In this document: piece by piece, positions 1 through 9,369 of the stretch
How positions within the stretch are numbered: the stretch's first letter is position 1
How the letters are laid out: each line of letters begins with the position of its first letter
Source of the DNA: Paraglomus brasilianum
Lineage: Eukaryota
DNA length: 63,992 bases
Assembly (NCBI GenBank): GCA_910592345.1
Contig: CAJVPI010000057.1
Location: forward strand, 1-63,992
Direction: 5' to 3'
Notes under the pieces: generated by a model
The model's database searches: none
What the model was told of the DNA's origin: nothing
The model's input: only the letters and a program-made list of their open reading frames with translations
Made by a program: the position numbers and the translations under genes

Positions 1-774
1 TTCCAGTACTCCACGATTTGATTGGCATAATAAACATTAAACTTTTTTAAGAAAAAATAAAGCAGAAGGTGAATTAATGTAGTCGTTATATCATAGAACG
101 AAAGCTGTAAATGTTTACATACCATTACTAATTATTAATTATACGAACTATATTCGCAAATAGGTGATCATCAGACCACGTTTCCGAAAGTAAGATTATT
201 AAAATCAGTGGAAAATTTGGCTGAAATCGTTTCGAAAAATTGGGCCTTTCTATGGTGATTGTCCCCATTTCGCATACCACCCCAAAATCTAAGCATTATT
301 GTTGCTACTGATGGTGACCTTCCTTTGTCGTCCTAACGAACTGTCGTGAAAAACTTTACTATTTACTTAGAGGTTAGGAAAAAGACGCAGGGTAGAGAAC
401 ATTCATAAGTATCTATTCCATACAAAACTCAAATTTTGACCCCCCCCCCCCCCCCAAATTGTCAACTACTCATTTTCATAGATCATTGAGAACGATCGTT
501 TTCCACACATTATTAATATGATTGGTAATAATGCGAAAAATGCTTCATTCACTCGTCTTATTAATTGCAAAGAACTTACATGCAAAAGTGCCGCATGTCG
601 TGCTATTATAAAATTTACGAGCGAGCAGCGGGGAGGACAGAACATTAATATAATAGTCATTTACGAAAAAGAAAAAATAGGAAAAGAGAAGGGAAGGAAG
701 AGGGAAGGAAAGGTGGAAGGAAAGGTGAAGAAAAGGTGGAAGAGAAGGGATTTAAGTAGAATACGTATGTACAT

Positions 775-853
775 AAGGTGACGTTATGTATGTACTTATT
801 TACGTAAGGTGACGTTATGTTTGTATGTATTTACGTAAGGTGACGTTATGTAT
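775..853. repeat. Short tandem repeat, 3 units of ~31 bp
   Basis: TAAGGTGACGTTATGT core recurs at ~775, ~805 and ~836, followed by T/A-rich spacers ending in ATTTACG. Confidence 0.85.
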
Positions 854-1494
854 GGTAAACATGATGGTCTATAAAAACGCATCGAAGATCAACACGAATT
901 TATTCCCGAAACGTATATTGAATGGGAAGTCCGACAGGAATATTAAGCAAAGATCAGCAAATCTTGTCGAATAATGGAATAGCATGGGATTCAGAGGATG
1001 AAGTAGTTCTTTATAGAAGGTTAATAATCAATGGTGAGTTTTGGCCAATCATAATAGTCCCTCAGCCAATATAGCGATAGGGAATATGTACAACTTAAAA
1101 TCATGGCAACACGCCATTCGTCAATTTACTTTTATTGTGTTATTTTTAAGACAAGTACGTCACTAAGGGTTTTTTTTCACCTCCCTTCTTACTTTTGACG
1201 CAAACCCTTTTTCAATAAATACAACTTTATTGCTGAACTACATATACATGTTAAAGCTCATTTAACTCTATCTAAATACTGCATGTAATTCACGGAGTTT
1301 GTTAATCAGAAAGTTAAATGTCTGGACCCCGAGCTAAATTTAGTTTATACGTATACACTTTATCATGTATAAAAGACAGGCGTGCAATAAATGAGGGAGG
1401 GTTATAAGAGACGCAAACCCTTTTTCACACGTAAGTACCATTATGAGATTTACAAGTAGACCAGTTCTAACTCTGACAATATTTTAACACGCAG

Positions 1495-3880
1495 AAAAAC
1501 ATTCACATACTATTTACCGCACCCTAAAGAACAAGTTGCGGCAGTCGGAAGATGCTAAATCGTTGATGACACTAGAGGAATATGAAGAACTTAAAAATAA
1601 ACTATTTGACACGTTTGCACAAGGTATGTGCCGAGTTAACAAACATAATATATGTGCTAACCCATCTTTCATACACCACGCTCCTTGTTAGTATAGCTTT
1701 AAATAATTCCTTTCTATTAATGTCGCCTACTGCTTTTTTCGTTGCGGTCTGCTCATTGCCGCTATTTTTTGTACAATACGTGCCTTAGTATAGCTTTAAT
1801 CTCACACTGCTTCTTCGTTGTGATCTTTTCATTACCTCACTTGTACTTTTGCATTCGCAACTACAAGTTCTTGATTTCATTTCTTGTCACTCATTCTAAC
1901 ATCTAATTTGTCGTCTCGTTCACGCTGTTAGTGTTGACCACCCAACTATTTAGCTTTATTTATTGTTAATCATTTATTTTGTGTCTGATACTCACTCTAT
2001 TATCTTTTTATCATTCATTTTTCCTTCCCGTTGGTCATTTCTTGACTTTTATTCTCACTTGTGCCTAGACTGCAGTCAGCCAGCACCACAACTCCTGCAG
2101 TAATTGATTTTCACTCTTCTCTTTATGTATTTACTGTAATTGTAGAAAATGAATGTGCTTTGAAGAAGCCCCACCTCGATGATGAAGGTGATGATTTGGT
2201 GTTATCTTTGCAAAATGCTGATTTGTAAATTTTAATATCTGATCAGGTTTTGCTATTTGGAACATTTTCAATTTCAAGTGGTGGTTCAGAGAACAGCCTC
2301 ACTTACTCACATTTATGCCAAAAACGTATCAAGTATGTATATGATTTTTTTTATATTGTCTTTTGTATCGAGAAAAAATGCTGATTTTCTTTAATATAAC
2401 CAAAGATGGAGCAGCCACAATCTATGCTGGCAAAGATGTCCCTGTTGGATTGGATGACTTTAGTAAAATGGTGAATTGGGGTTTTTCCTTGGTTGACAAA
2501 ACTCTTCTTGTCAAAGACCTCATTGATAGCAATATGCTTGTATCTCTTGTTGTCCAGCTGAGACATTTTGGCAAAACCACCAATCTTATAATGCTGAAGA
2601 ATTTCTTTGCTGTTCTTATTACTCCTAGCAGTAAGGAACATCAGCTAGAGCTGTTCAAAGAGCACTTTTGCAAGTATCCAGTCATATTCATCAGTCTAAA
2701 AGTATGGCATCAGTTTGTTACATCACATCTAGTTCAAGTTGTTTTGTTTTTTTTGCTACTACAGTTTTTTTTATTGATAATATTCCTTAAACAGGATTTT
2801 CATGATTGCACCACTTGGAATCATATGAAATGAACAATAGGCTCAGTTCTAGCAGATCTATACAAAGAGCATAATTACCTGCTCCAAGAAAAGGGTCAGC
2901 AGTTCACAAAATTACAGGCAAGTTTGACACTGCACCATCAACTTTAACACTATTAAATAGAAAGCAGACCAGTGAGAAAGCTTGAAAGGAAACAGTTTTG
3001 ATTCAATATGTGGAAAGTCTGCAACAGATACAGATCTGTTATGCACCCTTAAGACACTCTCTGGTTATTTGAAAGAATACTATAAATGCAAGTGCATTGT
3101 CTTGATTAATGATTATGATCATCCATTTGATGTTGCTTTCCATAATAAATACTATGAAACAGCCTGCAACTTCTTTAGTTCATTCCTTGGAGGTCTTCTC
3201 AAGGCAAGTATTCTCTTGACTACTGTTATTTAATTAATGGACCCCACACTAACATGCAATTGTCTTTTCAATGCAGAGTAATGACAGTAATATTTTAAAA
3301 GCCCTACTTGTCAGGCATGAATAATATTGTAGTATATTCAATGTTTGATGATTTGTTCTCAGATAGATTTGGATTTACAGAAAGGGAAGTCAATGTTCTC
3401 CTTGAGCATCATCAAAGGGGCATGGACATGGAGGAAGTCAAAAAGTGGTATGGTGGCTATAGGAATATACATGACATCTATCTTTGCAATCCTTGGGCAA
3501 TTGTTAATTTCATTCATGAAGGGATTCTAAAGGCATACTGGCCTAAGACAGGTATGTTGTGCATTGTATGGCTTGCTTTAGAAACATTTGATCTGCAATT
3601 ATAATTATGGAGTGCTGAAAATCTGTAGGATCCACCACCACTACAATCAAAAAGCTGATTTGGTATTCAAGAAAAACCTTCAAAGATCAAGCAACAAAAT
3701 TGCTCCAAGAAGAAACCATCAGCATTAAGATTAAAAATAATCTCAGTTATACTGACCTATCCAATAACCATGATGATGCCTTGTGGACTTTGATATATTA
3801 TGCAGGCTACCTAACACATGAAAATAATCCCTATGCAACTCCTATCACTATATCAGCTGAAGCAACTGTCATAAATCTAC
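1495..3880 (+). pseudogene. Spliced AAA-ATPase-like gene (the family usually fused to a PD-(D/E)XK nuclease), decayed and interrupted by an LTR-like element
   Basis: ORF pieces contain family motifs: PVGLDDF..VDKTLL, degenerate Walker A QLRHFGKTTNL (consensus RPRRFGK), YPVIFISLK, degenerate Walker B LINDYDHP, SGMNN, FGFTERE, WYGGY..NPWAI, YW..TG and LIYYAGYLT. GT-AG introns are visible. There is an in-frame TGA at 2831. The upstream exon 1495-1623 is tentative. Confidence 0.85.
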
Positions 3881-4699
3881 TGTGATGCGCCGCAATCTGT
3901 GACGTATTCTCTCCTTATTTCTGCGCGTCTCCAACGGTGCCGCAGTCCAAATCAATCGGCGGTAACACCAGCGCATCTGCGGATTTCAGCATAGGCACTG
4001 TCGTGGTTACGAACATTTCGGCACTAGTAGTACGAGCAGTGCCAGGGCACTGACGGAACGGAAAAAGGACAGTGGCAAACGCTTCAGTTATTCAATGTAT
4101 ACAATTAGACTATCGATAAAATAATAGAAATAGCTGCTAAAAATAGATCAATTAGACCGCTCAAAAGATATATAAGCAGTAGGAGTCTCAGCTAGAGTCG
4201 GTGTGTTATGTGTATTATATTTCACGTTCGCTAGTGAATTTAGGTCGATATATTCCTTATAATTCATATATTTTTGTTAATAAACGAGCATCGCATTTAC
4301 TCTGAACATATTAGTTGATATATCTGAGAAACCGTTCTATCCGTATATCAACCAAAGATAATTGCCTCTTGTCCCACAATTATCTGAGTGGCAAATTAGA
4401 ATATTAATCGTTAGTTTTCGAACGCGTTTAATCTAAGTGATAAACCATTGTACCCCAAACGGGAGATTACCCGATTAATCCCTCGGTAATAACCGCCGAT
4501 GTACTCGAGAACGATTCTATATCTAGGATAAACGTCATTCTACGATGAAAAAGCCCGTAAGTGAAAAGCCTTGCGATTACAAGGTCACTAACTGAAAAAT
4601 TAGATATTTAACTTGAATAGGAGGCGCCACGCTCCGTCGAGACTAGTTAAATCCCAAGTGTTGATTACTTCCTGCTCTCCCGCAGTAGTCGGCACGACA
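3881..4699 (+). mobile_element. Solo-LTR-like element, family A copy 1
   Basis: Ends are TGTGATGC...GCACGACA (TG..CA with short imperfect inverted termini). TATA-like GATATATAAG at ~4168 and AATAAA at 4279. Clearly homologous to 26849-27657 and 61792-62486. No perfect TSD. Confidence 0.8.
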
Positions 4700-4890
4700 C
4701 TCACAATGTCTGTTGACAGGTGCTACAAAACTAATTACAACAATCTGCAAAATAGTTATTCATTTGTCAAACCATGAATGCTCCAATCTACTTGGGATCA
4801 ACTTCTTGAATTCACTCTAGTAATGTTTCAGAGGTTTCAGATATATGCTCTTAGCAATAGCACAGAGGTTTTCAGAAATCCTCAGTAAAA

Positions 4891-4943
4891 TTAAGGTTCA
4901 GTTATGGTTGTTTAGGGTTAGAGTAACAGTCAGGTTTAGGGTT

Positions 4944-4980
<37 letters not shown>
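4891..4980 (+). repeat. Degenerate TTAGGG-like repeats followed by a poly(T) tract
   Basis: TTAAGG/TTATGG/TTAGGG/TTAGAG/TTAGGG units, then a run of ~35 T. Confidence 0.45.
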
Positions 4981-4985
<5 letters not shown>

Positions 4986-5678
4986 TAATTTTGTGATTTA
5001 TCCTAATATCAGCCATAATGATCTAATATTGTGATAAGCTATAATCTTTATCAGAAAGTTGGTTTAAGGGTTTGTATGTGCTTGTTGCTTTCAATAGTGT
5101 GATTGATCTAAAATTGTTTTGTTTTCACCAGGTGTAGAGGTTAGAGTTGAATTGTCTATGGAGTTGAAAAGTAATCAAAGATTTGGAACATGTAAAATGA
5201 TAGCACCAAAGACCAGCTTTTATTTCCATTTTACATGATGTAATTAAAATCAAAATTGAGTAAGTTACAAACAATGAATTATAAGATATATTTGCCATTT
5301 TTTTTGCAACCACTGTATATTGCTTAGTTGTCATATGTCAGTTAATTCTCGATATAGTGATCATTTGGGTTGGAACTGAGCATGTCATCATATTGAGACC
5401 CACTTGTACTGGTAGGGGTGTGAGTGGCTATTACCCAATCGTTATTATTATAAGAAACCTTTAATTGTTAATTAAAATTTTTCATGCCATTTTTTTATCA
5501 CCAGCACTTGTCGCAATAGGTGTATGACAAACATTAGTAGCATCACCCTTTCTCCGCAATACTAACTTTGTAAGATTGCATGTTTCATGCGCGTTTTCGG
5601 TTCCGCCATTCAAATAAAGACATTATCCCCCAAATTCTTTAACCATTCGTAAACACATAATCTCTCCTCATTGCTAAC

Positions 5679-7254
5679 ATCGCCACCGCCGCCGCCGCCG
5701 CCGCCAAAAAAGGGTTCAAGCAAAGGAGGTCCTCAGCTTCCCAACCTACAAACTTAAGACCTTATTGGAACGGAAAAGTCGCGACATGGTCTCAGAAATT
5801 GTGGTTACCCATTGTGACCTCATCCACTTCCCCCATATTACAAAACTCATGGGTTTCGTCAACGAAGCGTCCTCCGACGAGCGAGAACTAAAAAGCGCAA
5901 GATCAGGACAACAGCAGTACGCAACAAACAACAACACTTGGAAGCTCTCCATCGTACGCTGCCAATCAAAGTATATCCAAATCACCTTCAAAAGCAGCTA
6001 TTGAAACGGTGGATGGGCTTGTCGAGAATGTTTATAATGCAGTTGTCCGCTGGAGTCGATACCGCCGTTTCTATACCAAAGATTCGCATATTGGTCCATC
6101 ACGACGGGTTTGGATAAAATCTCAACCTATTGAAAGATAAGCTTAAGCTTTACACGGATGTTCGTGTAGGAAAAGACGTTAATGAGCGTGAGGACAAGGG
6201 ACTTCAAAGATCATGCATATGGGGTGAACGCAAATATTCGTGTGAACTGTCATGTACACAGGCAAAGCGCCTGCAAACATTATCGATGAGGCGATTGATG
6301 AAACATTAACTGCTAGGTATGATTGTTTTTTTGTTTTGTTTTGTTTTGTTTTGTTTTGTTTTGTTTTGATTTATTTATTTATTTATTCATTCATTCATTG
6401 ATTTTATTTAACTCCCGCCATCACTCTGGACAAAAAACACGATTTGTGGCCGCTTCATTTCGAAAAAAAAAAAGGCATAACAATAAGTGTGGCCTGTTCC
6501 TCACAGAATAACGTCCGATTGTAAGCTTACATATATTCGCAAAACTAATGAATGGAGGTTTACGAGACGCAAAAACATCTCCGCGAAACCCAAGCGGATA
6601 GTTCTATTCATGCAGTTTCCATCGACCCTGGCGTCGTATACCCTTCACATGGTACTCTCCTACTAAAGGCGTAGGTAAAATTAGCCAATACGACATTGGA
6701 CGAATTATTCGTCTATGCAAGCATATGGACAATCCTCTTTCTATAAAAGACAAGCTGGCTGCCTCTAGTTCAAAAAGTAAGAAGAAACAGGCCTTGCGAC
6801 TTGATAAGGCAATCTTTCGGATGCGACGAAAAATCAAACGCCTGCAAAGCGAAGTTCATAAAAAGAGTGTCGCATTTTTTACTCGCGAATTTGATGCCAC
6901 TATCATCCCTCCTTTTAAGGTGTCGAATATGGTAAATCGAAAAACAAGAAGGATAGCACGAAAAACCGTTCGCAAAATGCTCTGTTGGGGCCACTATCAA
7001 TTTCGCCAACGTCTGGTGGCTAAAGCAGAAGAATTAGGGGTCCGTGTTATCCAAAATGAGGCATATACTTCAAAAACTTGCAGCTGGTGGGAGAGTTCAA
7101 AAAATAGGAGGGTTCGAGATGTACAAGTGCCGAAATTGTGGGATCGAGCGCTCGGGGAATCTTCCTCCGGGCATTGCTTGATGGAGCCTTGATTCTCTCC
7201 GGAGATCATGCAGGAAATAATATGTTACAATCAATCCATCCGTGCATGTCGTAA
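5679..7254 (+). mobile_element. Fanzor2 / IS607-type TnpB gene, pseudogenised (copy 1, near full-length)
   Basis: N-terminal RPYWNGKVATWSQKLWLP (5757-5810), HTH-like KVYPNHLQKQLLKRWMG (~5970), RuvC-I AVSIDPGV..FTWYSP (~6612), RuvC-II region MLCWGHYQFRQRL..NEAYTSKTCS, and C-terminal (G)ARGIFLRALL. Several frameshifts and stops. An in-frame ATC at 5679 may be the mutated start codon. Confidence 0.88.
6317..6410 (+). repeat. (GTTTT)n/(ATTT)n/(ATTC)n microsatellite inside Fanzor copy 1, possibly a decayed intron
   Basis: Starts with AG|GTATGA right after coding-like AIDETLTA. Pyrimidine-rich simple repeats follow, but no clean acceptor is visible. Confidence 0.55.
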
Positions 7255-7280
7255 CGCTCGAGAGTTGATGTTCCACCAAT
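7160..7280 (+). ncRNA. Putative omegaRNA (right-end guide scaffold) of Fanzor copy 1
   Basis: Overlaps the ORF 3' end, as is typical for TnpB/Fanzor. CATGCA (7207-12) can pair with TGCATG (7243-48), extendable with bulges, and a small AAC.CTC/GAG.TT hairpin lies at ~7253-7266. Boundaries are not determined. Confidence 0.35.
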
Positions 7281-7352
7281 ATGATAAAAAGGGAGACGAC
7301 AGAACGTGTGGCATGACCGATGTCATTTACGCCTTGACAAATTTGGGCTAAT
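7280..7352 (+). pseudogene. Possible divergent histone H4-like C-terminal fragment
   Basis: With two single-base frameshifts it reads Y-D-K-x-G-R-R-Q-N-V-x-M-T-D-V-I-Y-A-L-T-N-L-G, against H4 [23 protein letters not shown]. Confidence 0.3.
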
Positions 7353-9369
7353 AATGGTGGGTGGGAGTTTTATGAACATTCCCACGAACTCAACTGAATA
7401 TTTTTCCTTCAAAACTTCTACGGATACCTTGTCTGTCTCGCTTGAAAGCCAATTAGAACCATTTGGCACATCGTAAGAGGAACAATCTATAGAAGAGATA
7501 TGATGTCTCTCCCGCCGCCTTTCTGTAGCATAAGAAACATTAACTGTCTGTTACTATTACCACACATGTGTGAAATTAATGAATGTGGCGTGATATTGTA
7601 ACACTTAAGCGGATTGTATTCACCAACAGATTTTCTCCGATCACACATGCGCATTAAACACAGGTGCCAGTGCGTTTCTTCCAGATTAGAGAACGTGGAG
7701 TCGATGGTGGACTATTATTTGTTTGTCATTACTCACGAAAATGGACAAGTACATTGTTAATAGACAATATAGGAAGCTCGATGTGACAATGGTCGGTCAT
7801 TCTTTAGATTTTACGTGATTCACAAGTAGACAAACAAAGCCATTTTACTTGGCGAATACAATTAATGAAAGTTATTGCCTTCTCGCTAATAAATGCCATT
7901 TGTACACCAACAACTGTTCATAAGTTAGAAACTCATATAATTGCATCATCTAAAAGCTCTTACCGCCACATATAAGATCTGTTTCCAGGCTTGTCAATCA
8001 TATATGGAGAGCCAAGATTCCAACATGGAAAACATCTCTCGAAGTAGACAGCAATGTCGTTAAAGTTCATTGTTTAAAAGTAAAGTCAGTAATGAATAGA
8101 AATATTGACCCCACATGAATCTAGACCCTTATAGTAAAAGAAAATGGGGAGTACAGAATAGAATAGGGATGGGTTGACTTCCTTTTTTAAAAAATCTAAC
8201 AAGCACTTTTCGCTCCTGGTCTAATGTTAACCGATTTAATATAAAAACATTGCGAAGATGTTTTACCATCCAATTTGTCTATGCAACAATAATGGCGAAC
8301 AAGAGCGGATTGTGTTAACAAAAACATTGTTCTTTTCAAGTGAAACACTCTTTTTAACGCCGTTATCAAGCCACAGTGACTCTAACATTCGCCTTCTTCT
8401 GCATAAAATACGTTAGAACGTATTTTGATTATTTATAATTAGTATAAAAAAATGTGTAACGCGATCATTTGTGCGCCGTAAGCCGCAACATAAACACTAT
8501 ATAAACCCCTCCAGTCCAACTATGTTCCTGATATTCTAACTACCGTTGCGTGGTAAGTGTTACTTTTGTAAGGTATATATACATATGTTATAGAGTATTA
8601 TAGAAGGAAACTTACACAAGGAGATACATATTATCAACAATACCATTTGCTGCTACTGGGTGTCATGCACAATTGTGCGAATACAAAGAACTGCGTCTGC
8701 CCACTTCAGTATGCTACAAAGTTACCGAGCAACGGAGATCTCGTTACAACTCATTCTAAATACCAACGTACTATACAAATTTTACAACTTGTAATACTCA
8801 TTATTTTTCTTTACTGTTTACTATATTACTTCCGCCACAAAGCAGGTAGACGTTCATCCCGTACACTCTATTCCTCAGTACGGAACAAACAATACTATTC
8901 CCCATTATTAGTTGCAGATAAAAGCAACAAATTGAATATTACTTTATCCACAATAATAATAATAAATATATTTTGCATAGGTGTTGGGACGAGTGAACAT
9001 TTGGATACGGAAGATAAGAGATGAACGTAGAACTAGTAAAGAGCTTATAACATACAATACGCTCAGATAGTACATTGTATACAAGTGTATTAACAAACAT
9101 ACACTCGCTCTCATTGACTTGTCAAAGTAGACAAATTAGTCCATTGACAATTGTGCTTGCACAACTGAGATAACCGTACGAAACATATATAGCGTGCAAT
9201 CAAATCATCGAGAGAAATCAATAATTGCTCTCATAGACAAAGAATCGCTCTCGACTCGCAATTCTAAAACTCGATGCTCACATTACGCGACACTGCCACT
9301 ACCCTTTCATCTGCTTCTTACTGCGAACACTACCGACCTTCCTCTCATCTAGTACACAGCGAAGCAACA

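Noticed and set aside
775..853. CRISPR-like repeat array
   Set aside because: Only three units, the spacers are near-identical to one another, the context is eukaryotic and there are no cas genes. It is an ordinary minisatellite.
4500..4600. Hammerhead ribozyme (retrozyme) in the LTR-like element
   Set aside because: No CTGANGA core in the right position relative to GAAA in any copy.
4630..4699. Group I intron core (GAGACTA ... TAGTC resembling P7)
   Set aside because: GAGACTA is absent from copies 2 and 3, so the pairing is not conserved.
4891..4980. True telomere or chromosome fusion site
   Set aside because: Only two exact TTAGGG units in a short degenerate tract.
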